From positions 512,511 through 576,510 of the forward strand of contig CALSSL010000001.1 of the NCBI GenBank assembly GCA_943789005.1: a stretch of 64,000 nucleotides of DNA. The letters are read 5' to 3'. Under the pieces are notes generated by a model. The model had not been told where the DNA came from. It ran no database searches and worked only from the letters and a program-made list of their open reading frames with translations. A program made the position numbers and the translations under genes. Each line of letters opens with the position of its first letter. The first letter of the stretch is position 1. Positions 1 to 7,447 of this stretch are shown in pieces. This stretch comes from an uncultured SAR86 cluster bacterium (GTDB lineage: Bacteria > Pseudomonadota > Gammaproteobacteria > Magnimaribacterales > D2472).

Positions 1-128
1 TTACAGTTGGCTCAAACGCAACTGTTGCGGCAGGGTCTGTAATCACCAAAAATATCCCTGATAATGGGCTGGGCGTAGCAAGGGGCAAACAAAACAATAA
101 AGAAAACTGGTCTAAGAAAAAGGATTAA
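1..128 (+). CDS. glmU: GlmU (N-acetylglucosamine-1-phosphate uridyltransferase/acetyltransferase), C-terminal fragment running in from the left edge
   Basis: Reading from nt 3 gives [41 protein letters not shown], stop TAA at 126-128. This is a hexapeptide-repeat acetyltransferase tail, in the conserved glmU-glmS order. Confidence 0.8.
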   Translation, partial: TVGSNATVAAGSVITKNIPDNGLGVARGKQNNKENWSKKKD

Positions 129-130
129 GC

Positions 131-1957
131 ATGTGTGGAATTATAGCTGCGGCATCAACTAGAAATGTCGGAAAACTACTAGTTCAAGGGCTCCATAAAA
201 TGGAGTACAGAGGATATGATTCTGCTGGAATTGCGCTCCATCAAGAAAACTCTATTGCACACCTTCGAACTGTAGGTAAAGTTCAGTTGCTTGAAGAGAA
301 GATGATTTCAGAAAAACCAAAAAGTAAACTTGGCATAGCTCATACAAGATGGGCAACGCACGGAGAGCCTTCAGAAGCAAATGCGCATCCCCACAAATCA
401 AAAGATTCTGTTTATATAGTTCACAACGGTATTATTGAAAATTATGTGGAGCTAAGAGAATCTTTGATTGCTGATGGATACGATTTCACATCTCAAACAG
501 ACTCTGAACTCATAGCTCATTTGCTTGATCTTTTTATTAACAAAGGTAATTCAATGATTGATGCTATGTATCTTGCCAAAGAAAAATTAGATGGAGCATA
601 TGCTATAGCAGCAATCAATCTAAACGATAATTCAAATTTAGTTGTAGCAAGAAACAAGTCACCACTTTTAATCGGGCTTGGAACAGATGAAATGTTTGCA
701 GCCTCAGACCCTCTTGCAATAGCCCAGCTCACCAACAACTTTATTTTTTTAGAAGACGGTGATGTTGCATCCATATCGGCAGAAGAATACAAAATTTACG
801 ATTCAACAAAAGCAGAAGTCATTAGAGACGTAACCCATATAGATATTTCAAGCCAAGCCACTTCTAAAGGTGATTTTAGACACTTTATGGAAAAAGAAAT
901 CTATGAGCAGCCCGAAGCAGTGTCAAACACCATAGATGGAAGAATTGGCGGTGAAGATGTTTTAGATAATATTTTTGGTCTTGGCTCTAGCGATCTTTTT
1001 TCAAAAGTTAAACGTATTCAAATCGTTGCATGCGGAACTAGCCTTCACGCAGGAAGAGTTGCTGCTAATTGGTTTTCATCAATAGCTGAGATACCTTGCC
1101 AAATAGATTATGCAAGTGAGTATAGGTATAGAAACCCTCATGTAGACAAGAACTCATTACTCATAACCATTTCTCAATCTGGAGAGACAGCAGACACACT
1201 AGCAGCACTTAATTATGCAAAGGAAAAAGATTATTTAGCCTCTTTAACTATTTGTAATGTTCCAACAAGCTCTCTTGCAAGAGAATCAGATTTTTCATTA
1301 TTTACTAATGCCGGTCCTGAGATAGGAGTTGCTTCAACAAAAGCTTTTACAACTCAATTAGCCGGACTAATGTTGCTTGCACTTTCATTGGCTAAAAGCA
1401 GAAATTTAAACCCACGTTTAAGAGGAAGAATTGTTAAAGCACTAAGGCTTCTTCCGGAAACCATTGCAGAAGCACTTCTTTGTAAAGAAAAAATGATTGA
1501 AATAGCCCCAAGTATCGCTAACAAAGATAATGCATTATTTTTAGGAAGAGGTATCTTTTATCCCATTGCAAAGGAGGGCGCCTTAAAGCTTAAAGAAATT
1601 TCCTACATACATGCTGAGGCTTATCCAGCTGGCGAATTGAAACATGGCCCACTAGCACTTATTGATGAAAATATGCCCGTTATAGCTTTAGCTCCAGAAA
1701 GTGAAATAGCAGAAAAACTAATTTCAAATCTTGAGGAAGTAAAAGCGAGGGGCGGCACTTTATATGTTTTTGCAGACCCATCAGTCAATATGGATGTGAA
1801 GGCAGGACATTTAATTCATATGCCAAAATGTGATTTCTTTATGACTCCAATTGTTTATAACATCCCGCTTCAAATACTGTCTTATGAAGTTGCTCTATTA
1901 AGAGGGACCGATATTGATCAGCCAAGGAATCTAGCCAAATCAGTAACTGTTGAATAA
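131..1957 (+). CDS. glmS: Glutamine--fructose-6-phosphate aminotransferase
   Basis: 608 aa. N-terminal MCGI (Cys nucleophile of class II amidotransferases), two SIS-type halves, C-terminal KSVTVE. Confidence 0.97.
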   Translation: MCGIIAAASTRNVGKLLVQGLHKMEYRGYDSAGIALHQENSIAHLRTVGKVQLLEEKMISEKPKSKLGIAHTRWATHGEPSEANAHPHKSKDSVYIVHNGIIENYVELRESLIADGYDFTSQTDSELIAHLLDLFINKGNSMIDAMYLAKEKLDGAYAIAAINLNDNSNLVVARNKSPLLIGLGTDEMFAASDPLAIAQLTNNFIFLEDGDVASISAEEYKIYDSTKAEVIRDVTHIDISSQATSKGDFRHFMEKEIYEQPEAVSNTIDGRIGGEDVLDNIFGLGSSDLFSKVKRIQIVACGTSLHAGRVAANWFSSIAEIPCQIDYASEYRYRNPHVDKNSLLITISQSGETADTLAALNYAKEKDYLASLTICNVPTSSLARESDFSLFTNAGPEIGVASTKAFTTQLAGLMLLALSLAKSRNLNPRLRGRIVKALRLLPETIAEALLCKEKMIEIAPSIANKDNALFLGRGIFYPIAKEGALKLKEISYIHAEAYPAGELKHGPLALIDENMPVIALAPESEIAEKLISNLEEVKARGGTLYVFADPSVNMDVKAGHLIHMPKCDFFMTPIVYNIPLQILSYEVALLRGTDIDQPRNLAKSVTVE

Positions 1958-1963
1958 ACCTGA

Positions 1964-2551
1964 ATGTCAGTCAGTAAAGAGAAATTCAAAAAAATAAAAT
2001 CTAAATATCAGTATCTTTCAAGTTGGGCAATTTGGGCAACCGAAGGCGAAACTCCTAAAAGCAATGTGGGCGACTTAACTATCCTTGATCCAGATTGTAA
2101 TAAAAATCTTTTAAGTCAACTTAATACTGAAGTAGTCTTTGTTGCTTTGAATATCTCAAGAGGGGACATAAAAACCCCATTTGGCAATTTTCATGACCAT
2201 AGACCTGCTGCAACAGATTTCAAGATTAGGTTTGCTTTTAAGGACACCCCTTTTTGGGGAGGGTATATGACAGATATCATTAAAGACTTTGAAGAAAAGA
2301 TTTCTGGAAAGGTAAAAGACTATCTATCTAAGAATAGAGATTTTGAAAAACAAAATGTCGATATTTTTTTGGAGGAGTTAAATGACATTGGCGCAAAAAA
2401 CCCTGTTTTGATTGCTTTTGGTAACGAGGTTTTTAATATTTTAAATAGACACTTAAAAGATAGGTTTAAAATCATTAAAGTACCTCACTATGCAAACTAC
2501 ACAAACAAGGAAAAATATAGAGAACAAATTAAAACTATACTTAAGTTTTAA
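1964..2551 (+). CDS. Hypothetical protein, weakly UDG-superfamily-like
   Basis: 195-aa ORF starting 6 nt after the glmS stop. VFVALNISRG and VPHYANY loosely resemble UDG-fold motifs A and B. No confident family. Confidence 0.55.
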   Translation: MSVSKEKFKKIKSKYQYLSSWAIWATEGETPKSNVGDLTILDPDCNKNLLSQLNTEVVFVALNISRGDIKTPFGNFHDHRPAATDFKIRFAFKDTPFWGGYMTDIIKDFEEKISGKVKDYLSKNRDFEKQNVDIFLEELNDIGAKNPVLIAFGNEVFNILNRHLKDRFKIIKVPHYANYTNKEKYREQIKTILKF

Positions 2552-3363
2552 CTCATTATTAATTCTGCAATTAGTGGCGAGTGATCGCTGATTTTTCTTG
2601 TTCTAGGTTCTTGATCATAAAACACATTATCAACCCTCATATTAGATGTGCAGAAAATATGATCATATCTTCTGCCAACACCCTTATTAGTAAACCAACT
2701 AAAAGACTCTTTCTCATATCTATGTTGAGATCTAAATACATCCTTCATGTCTAAATCTGTATGATTTTCAATAATGTTTCTTTCAGCAAGATCCCATCTT
2801 TCGCCAGTACACTCATCCTTCCACTTGGGATTAACAGCAATTCTTACTTTCCCATTTGAGTTTACTTTTTGACCCCAGGTTATAACTTCACCAGACATCA
2901 ACTCTTGTTTTGGTGAATTAAAGTCGCCAGTCAGTATCATATTCTTAACACCCCTTTTTGATAGAAATTTATACAGACCTTCAAAGTGTTCAACTTTAAT
3001 AACTCCATTCGATGACCCTGGTGGAACATGGGTAGTGTGAACTTCATAATCCTGTATAGAACAAGACAAAACCCTTTCAGGAAAAGGAACTGGAGCAAAC
3101 TCCTCTATATTAATAATAGAACTTTTAGAGATTATCATTTGACCATATTTTCTTTTATTCACTAATACAGACTTATCTTTAACCAAGTCGAAAGAACATA
3201 TAACACTCTCATTGGCAAAATAGTCTTTTATAAAACCCTCTGAACCTAAAAGAACTTCTTGAAGTGTGATTATGTCAAAGTCTCCCTTTCTCAAATAATC
3301 ACATTGTTCAGTTAAATTTTTTTTATTTGTTCGTGAATTTAAATTCCAAGTTATTACTCTCAT
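2548..3363 (-). CDS. Endonuclease/exonuclease/phosphatase (EEP, ExoIII/DNase I-like) family protein
   Basis: 271 aa. MRVITWNLN...LQEV at the N-terminus, GDFNS, and SDHSPL near the C-terminus are EEP-fold motifs. 4-nt convergent overlap with 1964-2551. Confidence 0.8.
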   Translation of the reverse strand: MRVITWNLNSRTNKKNLTEQCDYLRKGDFDIITLQEVLLGSEGFIKDYFANESVICSFDLVKDKSVLVNKRKYGQMIISKSSIINIEEFAPVPFPERVLSCSIQDYEVHTTHVPPGSSNGVIKVEHFEGLYKFLSKRGVKNMILTGDFNSPKQELMSGEVITWGQKVNSNGKVRIAVNPKWKDECTGERWDLAERNIIENHTDLDMKDVFRSQHRYEKESFSWFTNKGVGRRYDHIFCTSNMRVDNVFYDQEPRTRKISDHSPLIAELIMS

Positions 3364-3420
3364 AAAAACATTTTAACTTATGCGATAATTAATAAATGTT
3401 AAATATTGGGTGGGTTAAGA

Positions 3421-3552
3421 ACACTCCGTTACGGTGGAGTAAATTTGAGACGTCCTTCGTTTTAACCTCGCATTCTGCGGGGGTTTCAAGAATCACCAAA
3501 AATTAAACCCGGTAAAAACTACCTTAAAAAGGTCACCTATTTTTTCGTGTTA
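3421..3552. repeat. Structured intergenic repeat, copy 1 (left arm + spacer + diverged right arm)
   Basis: ACGGTGGAGTAAATTTGAGACGTCCTTCGTTTTAACCTCGCATTCTGCGGGGGTTTCAAGAATCAC aligns with 5817-5880. AGGTCACCTATTTTTTCGTG (3530-3549) aligns with the right-arm end AGGTTCACTTATTCTTTTGCTG (5906-5927). Confidence 0.7.
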
Positions 3553-3641
3553 GCAGAAGTCATAAGACATTTATAAGAACGATTGCGACTTCTTATGTGT
3601 ATTAATAGGACATTTATGAGGAGTTATGGCAGAATATTTTA

Positions 3642-4091
3642 ATGAACATGTACAACATTCAAGATAAAGAAATGATAGAAGGATATGTTTCTTTAGATGG
3701 CGACCAAGTAACAGCAGCTATTTTTAGCTCACTATTACCTGACCCCAAAGGCGACTATTATCTGGGTGCTTATTACGGTTACGCAGGAGGGGGTGTAAAT
3801 GATGGAGGGTTTTTTAGCATTGATATAGAAAATTCATTTCACAAACACATTGATTTTGATGAGTTTGATGAGATAAGAAGTCAAAATATAAAACAACACA
3901 GTGTTTTGGAAACCTTAATGCAGAGAATATGGCATTACATTGAAGAAGATGATGGTATTTTACAATTAACAAGCAGTGGTCTAAAACTTAAAAAGAACGA
4001 AGATGGAATATGGATTTCAGATAATTTTGATGGAGACTTTTTATCTGAAATTTCTGACCAGTGGTCTATTTCATTAAAGTTTTATAACTAG
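3642..4091 (+). CDS. Hypothetical acidic cytoplasmic protein (cassette ORF)
   Basis: 149-aa ORF bracketed by repeat copies 1 and 2. No recognisable motif. Confidence 0.5.
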   Translation: MNMYNIQDKEMIEGYVSLDGDQVTAAIFSSLLPDPKGDYYLGAYYGYAGGGVNDGGFFSIDIENSFHKHIDFDEFDEIRSQNIKQHSVLETLMQRIWHYIEEDDGILQLTSSGLKLKKNEDGIWISDNFDGDFLSEISDQWSISLKFYN

Positions 4092-4132
4092 AATTAAAAG
4101 ATTTAATAGGAATTATGATCAAATCATGCAAT

Positions 4133-4207
4133 CAATTCTCAAACTCTTCAAACACTGCAGAAATAGTGGAGAATGAAAGTCGAGGTTCACTTACTCCGTT
4201 ACAGTCG
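4133..4207. repeat. Structured intergenic repeat, copy 2 (spacer end + right arm)
   Basis: CAGAAATAGTGGAGAATGAAAGTCGAGGTTCACTTACTCC (4158-4197) matches CAGAAATAGTGGAAAATGAAAGTTGAGGTTCACTTATTC (5881-5919) with a few mismatches. Confidence 0.7.
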
Positions 4208-4255
4208 AATGATAAGAAGTCTTCGGCCCTCGACGGCGCACTAGGGAGTTGACGT

Positions 4256-5059
4256 CTGTTTAAGCACATTCACATTGTTGCCTGCTCGCCGCGATCCGGT
4301 ACTACTCTCTTGCACGAGGCGATGGTCACCTGTTTTCGGACAAACAAGCATTATGACCATGAGATTCGCTTTCACCTCGTAACCGCAAAAAACAACGATG
4401 TGGTTATCACGAAACGACCCAGAGATACGTTGTACATGCCAGGAGTCATCGACGATCCTAATCTCTATGTCATTTACGTAACGCGCGATCCGCGTGATGT
4501 CATCGTTAGCCGGCACGGTAAGAGCGAGGATATGTACTACTCGAACATTAGGCTTTGGCGTGAATTGCATGCCTGTGCACGCTCATTGTTCGGCCACGAT
4601 CGTTTTCTCAATATCCGGTACGAGGATTTCGTAAATAACCCTGACGCCACACAAAGCCAAATCACTGCAAAATTTCCATGGCTTGAGAAACAACACAAAT
4701 TTTCTGAGTACCATGAACACGCGCAAGTGTCTGAAAAGTCAAAGGTTGCAATGCGTGGCGTCCGTCCTATTGGACCGACCAGTGTCGGTGTCTGGCGAAA
4801 ACATCTCGGTCGCATCGTTCAACAGCAGGCAATCCACGGCACAATGACACCAGATCTGGTCGGTTGTGGATACGAATCATCGCCGGATTGGGAAGTTGTT
4901 CTGGACGGCGTTTTACCGGATAAATCTAACAGTTGGTATCCGGAGAAAAAACGTTTTTGGCAGAGAATTTCGCAATCCATTGATGCTTCGAGAAAAATAG
5001 CTATCTATCGGCGCAAGAAAGGACTTAGTCGAATCAGCAGAGCAACCAATGATCGTTAG
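4256..5059 (+). CDS. PAPS-dependent sulfotransferase (start moved upstream of the ORF-track start)
   Basis: RDPRDVIVS is the 3'-phosphate-binding motif. The same frame upstream of 4310 reads FKHIHIVACSPRSGTTLL, the 5'-phosphosulfate-binding P-loop. The frame is closed by TGA at 4250-4252. The only start-like codon ahead of the P-loop is CTG 4256, 7 nt after TAGGGAG (4242-4248). Confidence 0.75.
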   Translation: MFKHIHIVACSPRSGTTLLHEAMVTCFRTNKHYDHEIRFHLVTAKNNDVVITKRPRDTLYMPGVIDDPNLYVIYVTRDPRDVIVSRHGKSEDMYYSNIRLWRELHACARSLFGHDRFLNIRYEDFVNNPDATQSQITAKFPWLEKQHKFSEYHEHAQVSEKSKVAMRGVRPIGPTSVGVWRKHLGRIVQQQAIHGTMTPDLVGCGYESSPDWEVVLDGVLPDKSNSWYPEKKRFWQRISQSIDASRKIAIYRRKKGLSRISRATNDR

Positions 5060-5747
5060 CCATGCAAAGAAGTTTATTTTCGTAAAGACCCGTAAAACCT
5101 CGGGCACAAGCATGGAGGTTAGTCTGAGCCAAGTCTGTGGTCCCGATGACATCATCACTCCGATATCGTTTGAAGACGAACTCGTCAGGCTGGACATGGG
5201 CGGCACGTTACCTCAGAACTACGCTGGTCTTGGAGAGCAGCGATATCGCGATATGATAAAGGCACGCAAGATGAAATTTTTACGCGCCAGACGCCGTGGC
5301 AAGTTTTTCAATCATATGCCGGCTGTTGCGATTCGCGAGCACGTCGGCAAAAAAACTTACGATGATTACTTCACTTTTTCGATCGAAAGGCATCCGTACG
5401 AAAAGGTTGCATCACATATCTATTATCATGCGCGCGGAAAAAAGAACTGGAGTTTTGACAAGGAGCTTGAGCGTGTTCTGAAGAAGAAGTATTACGTCAA
5501 TTACCCAACCTATTCAGACGGTGAAAAACCTATTGTCGATTTCATTGTCAATTTTGACAATATGCAGGAAGACCTCACGACCCTCGGCGACAGGCTTGAA
5601 TTTGATATTGTCGCGCACTATCCACAAACCAAACACGAATTCCGAACTAACAGAAGGCCTGCATCCGAGCTGTTGTCGCAGAAAGTAAAGGACCAAATAT
5701 ATAAGAACTGCAGGATCGAGTTCGATGCAATGGGTTACGAGCGTTAG
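5049..5747 (+). CDS. Sulfotransferase family protein (family-2-like)
   Basis: 232 aa. N-terminal FVKTRKTSGTS resembles the PAPS-binding loop. The ATG overlaps the upstream stop (ATGATCGTTAG), which suggests translational coupling. Confidence 0.7.
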   Translation: MIVSHAKKFIFVKTRKTSGTSMEVSLSQVCGPDDIITPISFEDELVRLDMGGTLPQNYAGLGEQRYRDMIKARKMKFLRARRRGKFFNHMPAVAIREHVGKKTYDDYFTFSIERHPYEKVASHIYYHARGKKNWSFDKELERVLKKKYYVNYPTYSDGEKPIVDFIVNFDNMQEDLTTLGDRLEFDIVAHYPQTKHEFRTNRRPASELLSQKVKDQIYKNCRIEFDAMGYER

Positions 5748-5752
5748 CCATG

Positions 5753-5927
5753 CACAAATAGTGGAAAATCAAAACATTGCTACGGCTACTCTGCTACTGT
5801 TGAACTCAGTCAGTGACGGTGGAGTAAGTTTATAACGACTTTCATTTTAATCCCGCATTCTTAGAGGGTTTTAAAAATCTCAGAAATAGTGGAAAATGAA
5901 AGTTGAGGTTCACTTATTCTTTTGCTG
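5753..5927. repeat. Structured intergenic repeat, copy 3 (partial unit plus the most complete unit)
   Basis: In the complete unit 5812-5927, ACTTTCATTTT (5838-5848) is the perfect reverse complement of AAAATGAAAGT (5893-5903). The outer arms GAGTAAGT and ACTTATTC pair at 7 of 8 positions, around a spacer of about 45 nt. 5753-5772 repeats CACAAATAGTGGAAAATCAA. Confidence 0.8.
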
Positions 5928-5950
5928 TAAAGTAGATTTGGTATAAACAT

Positions 5951-6679
5951 ATGAATAATCTAGTTGACGTTTTTTTAAATATTAGAAATAGTAAGTTTTT
6001 TAACACCCTAGTAATTTTTATAATAATAGCTTCAGCTATATATGCAGGAGTAAGCTCTTATAATCTTCCAGAAAATTACCTCAAGCTTTTAATCGCATTT
6101 GACTATGTAATTACTATTTTTTTTGTATTTGAGATACTAGTTAGAATTGTATCTGAAAAATCATTTGGTAAGTTCTTTAAAGATGGGTGGAACATTTTTG
6201 ATTTTATTATTGTGGCTTTAAGTCTTATTCCCGTTGGAGCGGGTTCTGCAATATTTGTTGCAAGGCTGCTTAGGATTATTAGAGTTCTTAGAATTATAAC
6301 TGTCATTCCAGCATTCAGAAAAATTATAGACTCATTAATTATGTCATTGCCCAGAGTTGGATTCGTTGCCCTTTTGTTATTTATATTTACATATATTTTT
6401 GCGGTAATTGGCACTATGTTATTTGCTGATGTTGATTCGTTAAAGTGGGGAAATGTTGGCAGGGCATTGCTGACACTGGCGCAAGTAGCAACATTTGATG
6501 ATTGGGGGGCAATTATGGGGCGAGTTCTTCAAACCAACCAATTTGCTTGGATTTATTTTGTTTTCTTTATAATTATTAATGCTGTTATTCTTCTCAACAT
6601 GGTCATTGGGGTCATTGTTGATGTAATGATAAGCGAAAACAACAAACCTTCTATCAAAGAAACAAGATATGAAAAATAA
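5951..6679 (+). CDS. Voltage-gated ion channel, BacNav/NaChBac-like single-domain 6-TM type
   Basis: 242 aa with six hydrophobic segments. S4 has Arg at every third residue (RLLRIIRVLRIITVIPAFRK). The pore loop LTLAQVATFDDWGAIM aligns to the BacNav FQVMTLESW filter. Confidence 0.85.
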   Translation: MNNLVDVFLNIRNSKFFNTLVIFIIIASAIYAGVSSYNLPENYLKLLIAFDYVITIFFVFEILVRIVSEKSFGKFFKDGWNIFDFIIVALSLIPVGAGSAIFVARLLRIIRVLRIITVIPAFRKIIDSLIMSLPRVGFVALLLFIFTYIFAVIGTMLFADVDSLKWGNVGRALLTLAQVATFDDWGAIMGRVLQTNQFAWIYFVFFIIINAVILLNMVIGVIVDVMISENNKPSIKETRYEK

Positions 6680-7130
6680 ATTTATTGTAATGTTTGTTTT
6701 TTTATTGTCATCTTTTACAAAGGCGGATGATCAACGTTTTGCCATCGACGCTTTATTGGATGGTCTTCACCAAGACGCACACAGGGGGAATTTTCAAACC
6801 TATTTTGCCCGTTATAGTTCGGACGCTATTTTTTTAGGAACAGACAAAACAGAGCGCTGGACCATAGAAGAGTTTAAGAACTATGCCAAACCAGCCTTTG
6901 CAGACGGTCATGGATGGACCTATAAAGTTGTTGAGAGAAACTGGGCAGGAGAGAGTAATACAAGATGGTTCGATGAAATTCTGTTCAATGAAAAACTAGG
7001 TCATTGCAGAGGCACTGGTGTTGTACAACTGAAAAATGGTAAATGGAAAATAGCTCACTATGCTTTGACAATGCTTGTACCTAATGCCATCGCCGCAGAG
7101 GTAGGTGAGCAAACCCAAGAAGCTGACTAA
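6669..7130 (+). CDS. Secreted NTF2-like (SnoaL/DUF4440-type) protein
   Basis: 153 aa with an N-terminal signal-like segment MKNKFIVMFVFLLSSFTKA. NTF2-fold-like core. 11-nt overlap with the channel gene. Confidence 0.55.
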   Translation: MKNKFIVMFVFLLSSFTKADDQRFAIDALLDGLHQDAHRGNFQTYFARYSSDAIFLGTDKTERWTIEEFKNYAKPAFADGHGWTYKVVERNWAGESNTRWFDEILFNEKLGHCRGTGVVQLKNGKWKIAHYALTMLVPNAIAAEVGEQTQEAD

Positions 7131-7147
7131 ACATAAAATAAAAAATT

Positions 7148-7189
7148 CTGCTTCGGATACTCTGCCACAGTGGAGAAAATTAACGGCAG
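7148..7189. repeat. Structured intergenic repeat, copy 4 (short left-side remnant)
   Basis: 7148-7171 (CTGCTTCGGATACTCTGCCACAGT) matches 5777-5800 (TTGCTACGGCTACTCTGCTACTGT) at 19 of 24 positions. It then continues GGAGAAAATTAACG, like the left arm GGAGTAAGTTTATAACG. It ends in a T-run and may double as a terminator. Confidence 0.5.
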
Positions 7190-7232
7190 TTTTTTAAAAT
7201 TTTAAGATGCTAAAACAACTAAACATTATCCC

Positions 7233-7445
7233 CTAAGGGAGTTTAAAGATATCCTCAACCGAACAATCTAAAATCTTTGCTATTCGTAAAGCAAGCACTG
7301 TGGAAGGAACATAAATTCCATTTTCAATAGCGTTGATACTTTTTCTTGAAACGTCTGCTTGGTCTGACAATTCTTGCTGAGTGAAACCAGCAGACTTTCT
7401 TAGATCTTCAAGGTTGTTTAGTAGTTTTTTATGATTTTTACCCAA
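7233..7445 (-). CDS. XRE/Cro-type helix-turn-helix transcriptional regulator
   Basis: 70 aa. FTQQELSDQADVSRKSINAIENG is a classic HTH_3 motif. Confidence 0.85.
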   Translation of the reverse strand: MGKNHKKLLNNLEDLRKSAGFTQQELSDQADVSRKSINAIENGIYVPSTVLALRIAKILDCSVEDIFKLP

Positions 7446-7447
7446 AA

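Larger units (their letters stand above)
4225..5752. other. Compositionally foreign (higher-GC) insert carrying two sulfotransferase genes
   Basis: There is an abrupt visible shift to GC-rich codons (CGC, GGC, GCG, CCG) relative to the AT-rich flanks. Spurious antisense ORFs pile up here, as expected for GC-rich DNA. The insert is bounded by repeat copies 2 and 3. GC content was not computed. Confidence 0.7.

Noticed and set aside
1958-3363. A Tn7-like element inserted at the glmS attachment site.
   Set aside because: No TnsA/B/C/D-like genes and no Tn7-end repeats are visible. The next ORF starts only 6 nt after the glmS stop, which leaves no room for a canonical attTn7 insertion junction.
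3421-3500. GGTGGAG and GGGGGTTTCAAGAATC in the repeat's left arm looked like a tRNA/tmRNA 3' fragment, that is, an att-site remnant.
   Set aside because: I could not fold either strand into acceptor and T-arm pairings. There is no GTTCRANYC loop with a complementary stem and no CCA-adjacent acceptor complement. The resemblance is limited to a few bases.
4241-5206. Minus-strand ORFs 4241-4570, 4537-4815 and 4913-5206, plus many short antisense or internal ORFs elsewhere in the track (for example 517-792, 6103-6414, 8853-9104, 17083-17463, 24503-24742, 37299-37628, 49896-50276, 63177-63488).
   Set aside because: All are fully embedded in, or antisense to, much longer ORFs with clear family motifs. 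They lack motifs or ribosome-binding sites and have junk-like composition. The cluster at 4.2-5.2 kb is the expected artefact of stop-poor GC-rich DNA.
3421-5927. The intergenic hairpin repeats might be integron attC sites, making this a CALIN-type cassette array.
   Set aside because: The arms lack the conserved R''/R' cores (RYYYAAC / GTTRRRY). GTTGAGG at 5902-5908 is only a near match and is not conserved in the other copies (GTCGAGG in copy 2). No integron integrase or attI is present in the window. The region is kept as an unexplained repeat family, not called an integron.
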